A stretch of DNA of 64,000 nucleotides from assembly GCF_009914755.1 (NCBI RefSeq), contig NC_060947.1; one strand, 5' to 3'. Origin of the DNA: the human T2T-CHM13v2.0 reference genome, Homo sapiens. Numbering within the stretch: position 1 is the stretch's first letter; every line of letters begins with the position of its first letter. Shown in pieces: positions 16,404 through 38,505 of the stretch. Under the pieces are notes generated by a model. It ran no database searches. It had not been told where the DNA came from and saw only the letters and a list, made by a program, of their open reading frames with translations. Both the position numbers and the translations under genes were made by a program.

Positions 16404-17066
16404 TAGCTGTATAAGCTTATTTCATTCTCACAACAACCCTCTAAAATGATGCTATTATTATCCTTATTATTAGATGAGGAAGCTAAGGCACAGAGAGATT
16501 AAGCCAATTGCCCTAAATTACCAAGCTAAGAGTGATAGAGCTGGAATTTAAACCAAGCAGCCTAGCTCTTAGCCTGCACGGTAACACCTAACACAATCAG
16601 ATAGGAAGTGATTACTAGATATTTGTTGAATAAATGCAATTGCAAGAAAATGTAAATTATGTTCATTTAACGGAAGAATTCCATTATACATGTGTGCTTA
16701 ATACAATAGCGATATTCTGAAAAGTTAGATAAAAATCAATTCTTTGTAAACTTCATGCATTTCACTAGTGTGCCCAGCACATTGTAGTTTGAAAAAGTAA
16801 CCCATACTGAGCTTTAAGGGTTCCTGCTATTCAGAGTAAACTGCGGTGATCCGTTTTGTTGTGTCCTTTTGTCAAGTCAGTAATCACCTCCTAAACTGTC
16901 TGATTTATAATTAGTTTTTTTCACATACTGGCTTTTTCTAAAGCAGGAAGGGCTGGTATATATCCTTTTTTAGATCTTGTTCCGATCACCTATTAAACGG
17001 CCCCTCCCTACCCCCTATCAACTAGAAGGCTAGAGAGACAGCTGGTGCCCTCTTCTGGGGGTTTAG

Positions 17067-17745
<679 letters not shown>

Positions 17746-18171
17746 TCAGTCAGATATATTTTATGTATACTTTAAAATCGCACGCTATTAATGAAAAAAT
17801 TGAGCGCTTGAGGATTATCTACGTGCTAGATACTTTAGATACATTATCTCATTTAATAGAAGTGCAAACAATATCCCCAATTTACAGTTAAGAAAACTGA
17901 GAAGCAGAGAGGTTAAGCATTGGCCAAAAAATAACAGAACCAGGAATTTAAACCCAAATCATGCTCTTTCCAGTGTAATATGTTTTCTCTTTCTACTTCT
18001 TATGATCCTGTATCAAAATCCCACTACTAAAAGAGATGGCAAGGAAATGTTCTTGACATATGTAAACCCAAGCCAACATCACTGAAACATCAAAAAGAAC
18101 CATGCCCCAAACCTCTATATAGACCTCTTGCTAGTTGTTCTGACATCTTGTTTTTTTTTTGTTTGTTTTTA

Positions 18172-19587
<1,416 letters not shown>

Positions 19588-20908
19588 AGAAAGATAGGAA
19601 GTTTAAATTGGTAACAGACAGAGGTTAAAGAACAAAGAAAATGTTGGGAAGCAGGGAAGGGGTTAGGAAAGGAGGGAGTTGTGTGGCTGCCGCTCTACAA
19701 CTCCTGAGGCTAGAAGTGGCATATCAGGTTGAGCCCCAGCTTTCTGGGGAATTCAGCTTGCATCAAATATAATAATAACTAACCTACATCTAGTACTTAC
19801 TTTGTGCCAGGCACTCTTTTAAGTGCTTTACATCTGTTAACTCATTTAATCCTCACAAAAATCCTGTTTTACATGTTAGAACATTGTAGCAGAGAGAGGC
19901 TATGATTTTCATTTTACAGATGAGGAAACTGAGGCACAGAGAAGTTGAGTAGTTTATCCAAGGTCAAGCTAACAAGCAGTGGAGTTGGAGTTTAAATTTA
20001 GGATTCTGCCTCCAGAGCTGTGTTCTCACCTGCCATGATATAGAGTTAACCCTTGAATAACAAGAGTTTGAACTGCAGATATTTTTCCATAAATATATTA
20101 GAACATTTTTGGAGATTTTCAACAATTGGTAAAAATTGCAGATGAACTGTGTAGCCTAGAAATATCAAAAAACTTAAGAAAAAGTTACATATGTTATGAA
20201 TGTATAAATATATATATAAACTAGTCTATTTTATTATTTTCTACCATAAAATACACACAAATCTGTTATAAAAAGTTAAAATTTATCAAAATTTACACAC
20301 CCACAGACCATACATGGTGCCATTCACAGTGAAGAGAAATGTAAACAAATGTAAAGATTCAGTATTAAATCATAACTGCATGAAATTACGTACCCACCTC
20401 CTCTTGCCATGGTGGTGAGCTCAAGTGTTGAGAGTATCTGCTTAAAATGCCACCATGTGATGCTAATCATCTCCCCTTGAGTGGTCTGCTTTAACAATAA
20501 ATTGCATATGGAGATAAAAAGTGATCTCTCTTGAGGCTGCAGTGAGCTGTGAGCATGCCACTGCATTCCAGCTTGGGCAAAAGAGTGAGATTCTGGCTCA
20601 AAAAAGAAAAAAAAGCCATCTCTGGTAGTTCTCCTGTACGTTTCACCATGTACATTTCATCGTGTTTAGTGCAATACTGTAAACCATGAATAACACCGTG
20701 GGACTCACATGAAGTGCCACTACTGCTGCCAGAAGTGCTCCTAAAAAGCAAAGTCATGACATTCCAACAAAAAGTTGAATTGGTTAATATGTATCATAGA
20801 TTGAGATCTGCAGCTGTGGTTACCTGCCATTTCAGACAGACGATGTAAAACTTAGAGTACTGATAAATACAGTACAATACTGTAAACGTATTTTATGTTT
20901 TTAAATCA

Positions 20909-21332
<424 letters not shown>

Positions 21333-21433
21333 TTACTTCATTGTAGGAATACAGTATATAAAACATACGACATACAAAATATGTTAATTGATTGTTATCC
21401 ATAAGACTTCTAGCCAACAGCGGACTATTAGTA

Positions 21434-21682
21434 TAGTCATCCCTCCTCTCTGTATACATGACAGATTGATTCCAGGACCTCCTGCAGATACCAAAGTCTG
21501 CACATATTCAAGTCGCGTGCAGTCTATTTTTCAAAACCCACACATACAAAAAGTCAGTCCTCCATGTAAGCGGGTTTTGCATCCTGAGAATACTGTATTT
21601 TTGATCCATGTTTGGTGGGAAAAAAAAAACGTGTTTAAGTGGGCTCGTGAAGTTCAAACCCATGTTGTTCAAGGTTGACGTG
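21434..21682. mobile_element. MER8-like MITE nested in Tigger2
   Basis: AGTCATCCCTCC...TTCCAGGACC...GTTCAAACCCATGTTGTTCAAGG; the host sequence resumes afterwards. Confidence 0.75.
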
Positions 21683-22080
21683 TAGTTAAGTTTTTGGGGA
21701 GTCAAGTTATACCAAATTCTGACTGCATGGGAGATGGGGGGGCGAGTTAGCACCCCTAACCCCCATGTTGTTCAAGGGTCAACTGTATTGCCTCTTCCAA
21801 TATGTTGTAAGAATAAGTATTGTTTCAGAAAAGATTTACTTCAAGGTATATATGCGTGTGTGCTTGTGTTTGTAATGGGTAGCAATGTAAAATGTATTCA
21901 TTTTTGTAAGTCACAGACAAAAGTATCTAAAACTGCTACTGCTTTAGCAATAGCATTGCTGAATTGTATATCTTCAACCTTAACAGAGATAATGCCAGAT
22001 TGCTCTCCAAAATTATTATACCAAATCACACTCTCAACAGCAGTGTGAGATGTTCCATATCTCTCTATATAGAATCTCTC

Positions 22081-22112
22081 TATATAGAATATCTATATAG
22101 ATATTCTATATA
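22081..22112. repeat. Perfect 32-bp AT-rich palindrome
   Basis: TATATAGAATATCTATATAGATATTCTATATA equals its own reverse complement. Confidence 0.93.
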
Positions 22113-23161
22113 TTATACCTATGTTCCATATCCTCACCTGAACTTAATAGTGCCAGACTTTTAATGTGCTATCGATCCATTTAATGTGCTATCAATACTG
22201 GGTGTTGAATAGTATCTTAATGTTGTTTTCAGTTGCGTTTTTCTGATTTCCAGTACATCTTTTCATACATTTGACCATCTAAATTTTGCCTATTGTGAAT
22301 CATCTGTTTATATCCCTTACTTGTATATTATACAATACAACCCTCACAACAGCTCTCTGAAGGAGCCAGCAGTATAGATGAAGAAACTAAGTCTGGGAGA
22401 AATGTTGCTTAAAGTAACCCAGCTAATGAGTTTTTGAGCTGAAATTTGAGTCCAGATGTAGAGGACCCGTAAACCTATGCCTTTTGTTTTACACTACATG
22501 CCAGGGCCCAAGGTCATGTTAGAAAAAAAAACAGAGGAAGAGCACAAATAAATTTGAACATGTAACCCTATGTCTTGTGTCTAATTAGGCTTTGTGCAAT
22601 TAACATAGATTATTTCCTTGCTTCCTCACAACAACCTGTGAGGTAAAACGTGTTATCTCCATTCTACAGATGAGAAAACTAAGGTGTAGGGAAGTGAAGA
22701 AATTTGTCTTGGAAGGGTTAAATTACAGCTAGAAATTTGCCTTGGAAAGGTTAAATTACAGCTAGGGACAGAATTGCAACTCAAACACAGATCTGCCTGA
22801 TTACCAAGTCCACGCCTGTTCCACAGTAATGTCTGTCCATAGATACTCCTGGTGTAAGGTAAAGGCCTCCCACAAATCAAGCCTGACTCATCATCTCCTA
22901 GAGCCAGGTCTTGACCTGCTTCCCCAGTTTCTCTCCAGATCCCCATATGTTTCTACTTCGGTACGGCCAGGACTATACCTACTATCTTTCTGCAGAATAA
23001 TGGTCTGAGGCAGCCTTAAAACTGGCCGAGCCCTGCTGCTTCACATTAACCATCTGGGCTAGGTTAGCTCCCATAGATTACTCTTCCCCTTCCTCAGGCT
23101 TCTCTAATGAAGCCCAATAAGGATCTCAACACCTTCCAAGGTAAACCAGAAAATTATAAGT

Positions 23162-23539
23162 CAGAGTCCTTAAACGTGGCTGCACATTAAAATCACTTGT
23201 GAACTTAAAAAAATCCTGATGCACTAGTTACAACCCAGGCCCATTACATCAGAATGGTACCCAGGCATTCATAATAGTTAAAGCTTCCCAGATGATTCCA
23301 ATCTACAGCCAAGATTGAGAACCACTGTTACGGCATCTTCTTCAAGCTCCAGCAGCCATACTCAGTAGTTTCCACATTTTAGGTTTTCATAGGAACTTCT
23401 TGGAGCACTGGTAAAGAGCCAGATTTCTGGACGCCATCCCAGAGAATCCTGGTTCAGACCCAGGAGTCTACATTCTTAATAATCACCCCAGATAGTTTCA
23501 CTGCAGATTATTAGCAGACAATATTTTGAGAAATGCTGC

Positions 23540-23540
<1 letters not shown>
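23162..23540. mobile_element. Two MER5-type hAT-Charlie remnants just upstream of the BMP15 promoter
   Basis: GGCTGCACATTAAAATCAC...CCCAGATGATTC...TTGAGAACCACTG (23162-23326), and a second degenerate copy ending TTTGAGAAATGCTG. Confidence 0.7.
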
Positions 23541-24510
<970 letters not shown>

Positions 24511-26396
24511 TAGGGCATCAACTTAAGAACAGATTGCCTTGGTGCCTACTGAGAAATCTTTCCCAGGCCCCAGGACAACTGAGTGATGTGCCATCACCTA
24601 TCTTTCACAGAAACTTTTATTGCTTGTGATAGTTCTGAAAACTGTAGAGACATATCCAGCTATATTCTTGTGGAGGGCTATTTAAGTGGCGTTTTGCTCT
24701 TAGAGTACAGCTTGCTGAGTTGGGGAAACTTATAAGGCCTCAGAAAGGACATAAATAAGCTTACATCTGAGGGTCTGTATACCTGGCTCTGTGAACATGT
24801 GCTACTGTATTTCTTAATGAAAGCTACTATCTTAACTGTCTTGATGCAATTAGCCTAATTTTAAAACTAAGGCACGGAGAGGTTAAGTAACTTGCAAATG
24901 GTACACAGATAGTGGGTCGCAGAGATGGGATTGCAGCTGAAGTCTGTCTGATTCTAAAGTCTGTCGGTAACTTCTTAAGTCTTTAAATGCAGTATTCCAA
25001 TATCCTTGTACCCCCAATAGTTTTTCTACTTGGGCCATATTGCTACTTTGGGATTCTGGGACTAAGTGTATTTTGGAACTTTTTTTTGTCCCCATCATGC
25101 TTGATTTTGCTTTTAACATTTGCATCAGACATTGTTGCAGGACAACAGTGGGCTATTGAAGTGTAGGACTCTCTAGAGAATGCAGACAGTCATCAACTTC
25201 AAGGAATTCTTGGGAACCTAGTGAGATCAATCTGTAGCCTTCACTAGTCTGAGATGAAAAGGGACAGGACTTAATCCCCTCCCCAAGCAAAACAATAAAT
25301 ATTCTCGTACCTAACCCTTACTGTGAGATTACTGTGTGCCAGGCATTGCACAAAATGTTTTATAAACATTATCTTAATCCTCACAACTACCAGATTAGGT
25401 AGTATTAACATGCCTACTTGATAGGTGAAGAAACTGAGGATCAGAGTCACTTACCCATGTCATACAACCAGTAATTGCTAGAGCCAGGTATCAAACCCAG
25501 GCTCTCAGGCCCAAAGCCTGTGTGTTAATCATCTTGCTGTTCTGACTCCCCACTGGATTTTAATTGAGTGCCAGGCAGTGTGTTTGGGTTGGGTATATAG
25601 AAGCAAATACTTTTCCGACCTCTAGAAGTTCCCAGTATAGTGGAATGGATAGATAATTACATAATAATGTTACAGTATGCCAAGTGCTTTGGAAAGGACA
25701 AACAGTAGGGCTCCCAGGACCTATGAGAAGAAATGGCTCATTTCTTGAAGTGAAGAGACTGTTGGAAGGCCTCATGGAGGAGGTAGTACTTGAAACTGAC
25801 CTTGCAGAAGGAGCAAAGAGGTCATGCATTGAGGCAGATAAGTGCATTCTGATTTAGGAAAGAGAAAATGGTGTGGGTAGAGATTCATTGAACAAATATT
25901 AGGTGCCAAATGTTGGCACCTACTGAGTACTAGGCATACAGATGTGATCAAGATAGGTAAAACCCCTACTTTCATGGAACATATGTTCTCGTAGGGGAGA
26001 CAAATAAGCACACACAGTTAAATTGTGAATTGTGGTAAGTGCTATCAAAGGATGAAGTAGGTTGTTAAGATAGAGAATGGCAATGAAACCTTCCCTTTCC
26101 ATGGACTTGTCAGGGAATGTATCTTTGAAGAAGTGCCATTTGAGCTCAGGTCTATAAGATAAACTAGGCATGAGAAGAGTAGGGAGAAGCCTGATTTAGG
26201 CAGAGGAACAACAGGTGCAAATGCCTAGAGGGTGAAAACAAGTTGGTTCCAATTGAAGAACAGAGGAAAATCAGTATGGCTGGATCCTCATGAGCATTGT
26301 GGGAAATGGCAGGGTATGAGGCTAATGAGAAGCAGGGACTTGTAGGCTGTGATAAGGGATCTGGATCCTAAGAGCAGCAGAAAGTTGCAAAAAATC

Positions 26397-26690
26397 AAGC
26401 ACTTTGGGAGGCCAATATGGGAAGATCACTTGAGCCCAGGAGACTGAGACCAGCCTGAGCAACACAGGGAGACATGTCTCTACAAAAAATAAAAATACAT
26501 TAGCTGGGTGTAGTGGTGCACACCTGTGGTCCCAGCTACTCACGAGGCTGAGACCAGAGGATCATTTGAGCCTGGGAGGTTGAGACTAGAGGAACATTTG
26601 AGCCTGGGAGGTTGAGATTGCAGTGAGGCATGATTGTGCCACTGCACTCCAGCCTGGGTGACAGTGAGGCCCTGTCTCAAGGAAAAAAAA
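26397..26690 (+). mobile_element. Alu (J-like), intronic, 5'-clipped, with a ~32-bp internal duplication
   Basis: Consensus match; AGAGGA.CATTTGAGCCTGGGAGGTTGAGA occurs twice. Confidence 0.9.
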
Positions 26691-27184
26691 CAACAACCCC
26701 ACAAATTAAGAAAAAATTAGGCTTGTACAGATGATGTGAGGCTAGAAAGGAGGATGCCTAGAATTAGACATGTATCCTGGTCTCACTGTGGAATATACTG
26801 GTATCTAGGGACTGTGGAAAGGATCCAGAGACAGATGACAGGTTCAATCACACAGGATGTGTGATTCAGCCCTTTCCCTGAAAAGCTTTGACCAGACCCT
26901 TCCTGGCTCTGATTCTTAGCAACCCCATCCTGCTTCAGGAAACATGTGATGTCAAGGTCTCAAAGAAAAGGGCAGTTCCTCCCCAGACAGCCTGCTAGAG
27001 GTTTGGGTTGAGTTCCTTTATAGCCAGGGTGGAGCAGGTTTAAGGGTGGGCCTCTAAGAAAGATTACTGTAAGATGGGAGTGTGGAATAACTTGAGAAAG
27101 CAAATACAAGCCTGGCTTGGATTTGTGTGAATAATGTCTAGTGCGCCAAGCCCAAGGGTATATTAAGCATGAGTTGGAATTTGA

Positions 27185-27491
<307 letters not shown>

Positions 27492-27519
27492 GGAATTTGA
27501 ACTTTTAAAGATATTCTGG

Positions 27520-27812
27520 GGCTGGGTGCAGTGGCTCAAAGGGCGGCTAATCCCTGCACTTTGGGAGGCCAAAGGGGGCAGATCGCTTGAACCCAGGAGT
27601 TCGAGACCAGCCCGGCAACATGGCAAAACCCTGTCTCTACAAAAAACAAAACAGAAAAAGCTGGGCATGTTGGCACATACCTGTAGTCCTTGCTATCCAT
27701 GGGGGCTGAGGTGAGAGGATCTCTTGAACCTGGGAAGTCAAGGCTGTAGTGAGCCATGATTGTGCCACTGTACTCCAGCCTGGGTGACAGAGGGAGACTC
27801 TGGAAAAAAAAA
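27520..27812 (+). mobile_element. Alu (J-like), intronic
   Basis: Consensus match; ATTCTGG on both flanks. Confidence 0.93.
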
Positions 27813-28936
27813 TTCTGGAACATCAAGATGTAAAAGAACTTCTGTGTTAAAAATGCCACATCTAATGAAGAATTCCAGGCTTGTGGATTCAGTGGAGAAG
27901 AAGGACTAGGTGAATAAATACAAATTAACATGGAATTATTTACTGATAAGATGTCTGAAGATGAGAGGTGGCTTTTTCCTGTGGTGCCAGGCTTTTGTAA
28001 TCTTTGCTCTTGACCTTCGCCGGGAGGGGGTGCAGAAGTTTGGAGCACCATGGATGTAACCTTTCAATCCTTTGGCCGTTGAGTGTCAGCACTACAGTTT
28101 GGATTAAAGCTCTTATTCACAAAGCAGCATCCAGCTTTTAGTAGACTTCTCAGCAAACAAAATATTTATGTGATCAAGACTGTGTTGAAAATAGTATATA
28201 GAGGAATAGTGGTAAAATGAATGGGGTAAATGGAGAACAATTTCCAGCAAGGAGTGGTAAAGAGAGAGATTAAGGGCCAAAGGAGGAAAAGATGCTTAAG
28301 AAGCAATTCTTGAAGTAGATGGAAGGCAGAAGTGGTAAGATAGCTGTCTGTACTAGAGGATGATAGACAAAATTATTTTGTAGTGCCTTGGTCCTGAGTT
28401 TGAAATTATAGCAGGCCATAGCACCCAATACTGAATTGTTGTCCCAAAGCTGCATCTGTATAGTGATATGACATGAGACTCTTTCTTAATCCATGTATGT
28501 TTCAACAATTCTAAATGGACACATTTAATGGTCAACTAATAATAATATTGATCTTCTCCCCTACATACAGTATGCACACAAGATAATTCTATATTTGAGT
28601 TTTTTCCCCCGAGCCCAGCACTGTAAGTAATCTAACAGTGAGACAGTTTCTCTTAAGAAAAACAGACTTGGGTTCAAATCTTAACTCTACCACATACCAG
28701 CTGTGTGTCCTTTGTCATAGCTTCTCTGAGCCTCAATTTCCTTATCTGCAAAATGGGGATAATAACTATCTCATAAGACTATTAAGAATTAAAGAGCTAA
28801 TACATGTAAAGCATCTAGTGTATTAGTAAGTGCTCAGTAAATGATAGTATCATTATCTTGAGTTAATTTTAGGGCTGATTATAGCTATCAGTCTATATCA
28901 AGACAGTTTATGAGGAATATTCATGTTAAGAGGTAA

Positions 28937-29827
<891 letters not shown>

Positions 29828-30921
29828 CAGCAACAGTACGGCTAGATCAGGTTTCCCAGGAAACTGGAGGAGAGTTTAAAATATCAGTGTTAAAGCTGCA
29901 AGTAATCCTGTACCAATCTGTAGGTTATATTTCTTGCCTTAAGTGTTACTTAAGTCTCTTCCCCCACTTGTGAGCTAGTCAGTTTATAGAAACAGTTCTG
30001 ATACCAGTCCCCTAGCATGAATCAGTACAGTTTGACCACTAATCAGAGCCCTTAATGCTTGGGTAAAATGTCCTCTATTTTACTTTCCTTGGGGCTTTGT
30101 CAAAAGTCAGCAGTCAGTAGTGGTAGAACTTCAGAAATTTTCCAACTTTTCCCAGCCTGGGAAAGGTGGGTGTCCATATTTTCCTAGTGTCCATATTCTG
30201 ACGCTCTATAAGATTTGGGGTGGTGAAAATAGCTTGGGATTTTATACTCCTCTTCTTGCCTCCTATGTCCTGGAAACTACTAGTAGCTAATCAGATAAAT
30301 TGCCTGCTTCTGTGTTAGTATTACCTTCTAAAACTTTTCTCAGACTGGAAATTTTTCAGGTAACAGTCTTTATAGAAATCTTTTGAGGGACTAGAAGGAA
30401 GGAAATGTTTTTCTAAACCAGCAGGGCTTTTCCTCTTAGCCTCTGAATCTGGGAAAAGTATCTGGGATTATTTCCTGTCCTAGGTGAGTACAGTAGCATT
30501 TAATGAAGCCCATAAGGAAACTAGAGTATGGAGCTGTCTGAGATAATCTACTTCAAACCTGCATTTATGGTGAAGAAGAGAAAACCTGTCATTGCTGATT
30601 AGTATTATGAATGGGGGAGTTATTTTAAGTATTCTATGGAACAATAGAGTTCAGAGTATTTTCCTTATGTGACACTTAAACCCCTGTAAATTATCCTACA
30701 AAGTTCCTTGGTGGCTCCGAGGCTAGGAGTTGGCCTGATTGGGGGTGCAGGGGATTAGAGGGCTGTGAAGGAAGGACTACAGAATAAGGGTGAAACCTGC
30801 CAAGGCCTGGAGCTGACTTTATTCTGGGCTTGCCTGTTTCTTGTGTTCAGTTTGGATCTGGACCGGGGTCTCTAAGGGAGAAGGGCTTGTTGTCTTTGGG
30901 AGACATGGAACGATGCCTTGA

Positions 30922-31002
30922 AATAAATGATGCTTGCAGTGTGACTCCTTTCTACTCCTATACTGTATTTAAATGACGGGACTGGGTTTTGTTGCAAATA
31001 AA
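30922..31002 (+). terminator. Candidate BMP15 polyadenylation signals (two AATAAA)
   Basis: AATAAA at 30922-30927 and 30997-31002 are the first canonical signals I find after the stop codon; both have T/GT-rich sequence downstream. Confidence 0.5.
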
Positions 31003-31550
31003 TCATTTCACTGTTGAAGAAAATCTTGACTGTTTTTAGAATTGGGAGAGATTGGAAGGAATTTATTTCCTTTGTTCCCTTTAGCTATGGCTAGGAATTC
31101 AACCCTAATCCCTGAGGGGCAGGGCTGGAGCGTCCTCTGAAGTTCTTCTCTCTTAAGGAAACACTGCTAGCCATCAGCCCTCGCCAAGGTGCCCCTTTAG
31201 GGAAGCCCCTAAGGGGCCAGTAAGTCTTTCCCTGCCCAATTGCTCTTGACTAGTCTTATGGCAATTCTCATGGGATGGGACTGATTTAGGGTAGGTATGT
31301 GTGTTTGTCAAATCCCTACGTTTCTTACCTATTCATTGTAAACTAACTCCTTTTACCACTCCCTTCAAAAGCTGGTTCCAACTAGGCTGAATATCTTGCA
31401 AGTGTATAAATGCAAATTTTATTCTTGTGACTGAGGAGCTATTCCTTAACATCAGTTTGCCTGTCTACCTTCTTTACTGTATCCTTAAGAATCAACTCAG
31501 GCATTTCTCATCTTCTCAATGTCCCCTTGACATACCAGCCTCAGGTGTGT

Positions 31551-32288
31551 ATTAAGTTTCCTATGTATTCAGACCTCACAAAGCTAGGAGATCATGACTT
31601 ATTGAAAATCCCTAAGATCCAAGATGCTAAACTTAGGATCTGGTCTTATAACCAAGGTCCATCTTCAGCTAGACTGAATATTTTGCAAGTCTCTAGGTGT
31701 CCCTCTGTGTTCATATAGCACTTTATACCTGCCTTTAATACGCTCTAGTATATATGTCTATTCTTACAAAAACACGGAGCCCCTTTTGAGTTTCAACTGC
31801 ATCTTACCCTTTTCTATATTATAAGAGCCTGGCATCTAGTAGGTCCTTAATGAATACAAACACTCAATTATGACATTTTTTTGTGAGTGATGCATTCTTC
31901 CTGACATGGAACATCTCAATTTTCACATATTTTATTTTTCCATGGGAATCAATGTAATATAAAATAGTTTGTGTATCAAGTAAGATGATTATTATATCCT
32001 ACTATTTCAAAATCATGATTTAAATTATAATAGAATGTAATAGCTATGTTAAGTAAGGCAGTTCTTGTAATCATTATATATGCTGCAGATTTATCTGGGA
32101 GGGGAACTATGGGCTTCCAGTCTAGCCATTTCTCCAGCCTACTTGGGGTAGGCACAAATATCTAACAGGCCTGAAGATGGACCTCGATTATAGGACCAGA
32201 TCCTGAGTTCAGCATCTTTGTTCTTAGGGATTTTCAGAAAGTCATGATCTCCTAGCCTTGTGAGTGCTGAATACATAGGAAACTTAAT
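31551..32288. repeat. 118-bp inverted repeat (arms 31551-31668 and 32171-32288, 502-bp spacer)
   Basis: Manual alignment of arm 1 to the reverse complement of arm 2 gives 106/118 identical with no gaps. Confidence 0.95.
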
Positions 32289-32868
32289 CTGTTTATGGAA
32301 GGTTCAGGATTAATTGGCCCTATTATCCATTAAGCCCTGAGTTATCAGAATACCCAAGAAAAACACTGGCAGGATGGGGTTACTTAGGATGATGTTATGG
32401 ATTCTTCCTTTGAAATATTGCTTCAGTTCAGTACTTTTTCTCAAATCCAAAGTTAGAGTTCTATACCTCAAACCTTCCTCTGAGAGGAAGAATACATGCT
32501 TGCTAGTGGAGGAGGGTGTGTGGGTGGGGGTGGGGCCTGTCTGCCCATGTAGGTGGGGAGAAATGGTTACTTGATCTGGAAAGGGAAAGTAGGAAGCAAG
32601 TCCACATAGTCCCAACAATCCCAATGAGTAAGCTGGAACTTCATTTAATGTATGGGTGCAAAAGGAGCAGGAGCAGGCATTTAAACTTGTGTCTGATCGT
32701 GGATCTCTTTTGCATTTACCTTGGTAGTATGTCACAACCAATTCTGGGCAAAGTTGGGAAGCAGGCAGAACTTCAGTTACACAAACTATTTGGCCTAATC
32801 TTGTAAAACATTTCATGTCTTCAGTTAATTCTCCCAAGAGCACTATGAAGTAGGAGGTATTAGTCTTA

Positions 32869-35260
<2,392 letters not shown>

Positions 35261-35269
35261 ATGTGACTA

Positions 35270-37010
<1,741 letters not shown>

Positions 37011-37235
37011 AAGTTTTTATTCTTAAATTGACAAAGTTGCATGCAATATACCATGTACAACATGACTTGAAATATACACCGTGGAAGAACTAAATCAAGC
37101 TAATTTAACATGTGTTACCGGCCAGGTGCGGTGGCTCATGCCTGTAATCCCAGCACTTTGGGAGGCCGAGGCGGGTGGATCATGAGGTCAGGAGTTTGAG
37201 ACCAGCCTGGCCCACATGGTGAAACCCCGTCTCTA

Positions 37236-37439
<204 letters not shown>

Positions 37440-37825
37440 TTACCTCACGTAATACTTTTGTGGTGAGAATACAAAATCTCTTAGCATTTTCAAGAATACA
37501 ATGTATTGCTATTAACTATAGTCAGCATGTTATGGACTAGATCTCCTAAAATTACTGCTATCTAACTGAAATTTTTTATTCTTTGTTCAACACCTCCCAC
37601 CCCAGCTGCTGGTAACCACTATTTTATTCTCTGTTTCTGTAAGTTCAACTCCTTTTTTAGATTCCATGTGTAAGTGAGATCATGCAGTATTTGGCTTTCT
37701 TACCTGGCTCATTTCACTGAGCATAATGTCCTCCATCCTCCAGGTTCATCTGCATTATCACAAATGACGAGATTTCTTTTTTATGGCTGAATAGTATTCC
37801 ACTGTGTATATATATCACATTTTCT

Positions 37826-38505
37826 TTTTTTTATATTATACTTTAAGTTCTGGGGTACATGTGCAGAATGTGCAGGTTTGTTACATATGTATACATATGC
37901 CATGGTGGTTTGCTGCACCCATCAACCCATCATCTACATTAGGTATTTCTCCTAATGCTATCCCTCCCCTAGCCCCCCACCCCCAAACAGGCCTCAGTGT
38001 GTGATGTTCCCCTCCCTGTGTCCATGTGTTCTCATTGTTCAACTCCCACTTATGAGTGAGAACATGCAGTGTTTGGTTTTCTGTTCTTGTGTTACCTTGC
38101 TGAGAATGATGGTGTCCAGCTTCATCCATGTCCCTGCGAAGGACATGAACTCATTCTTTTTTTATGGCTGCATAGTATTCCATGGTGTATATGTGCCACA
38201 TTTTCTTTATCCAGTCTATCATTGATGGGCATTTGGTTTGGTTCCAAGTCTTTGCTATTGTGAACAGTGCCACAATAAACATACGTGTGCATGTGTCTTT
38301 ATAATAGAATGATTTATAATCCTTTGGGTATATACCCAGTAATGGGATTGCTGGGTCAAATGGTATTTCTAGTTCTGGATCCTTGAGGAATTGCCACACT
38401 GTCTTCTACAATGGTTGAACTAATTTACACTCCCACCAACAGTGTAAAAGCATTCCTATTTCTCCACATCCTCTACAGCATCTGTTGTTGAAAAAAGGTT
38501 AAAGC
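37826..38505 (-). mobile_element. L1PA 3' fragment (primate-specific)
   Basis: TTATACTTTAAGTTCTGGGGTACATGTGCAG 3' end; ORF2 tail IPFDPAIPLLGIYPKDYKS; TSD ATATA(T/C)CACATTTTCTTT. Confidence 0.93.

Noticed and set aside
22698-22765. 33-bp direct repeat, superficially CRISPR-like
   Set aside because: Two adjacent copies with no spacer inside a MIR; a simple slippage duplication in eukaryotic DNA.
32514-32535. G-quadruplex motif GGGTGTGTGGGTGGGGGTGGGG
   Set aside because: Such motifs are common and nothing here points to function.
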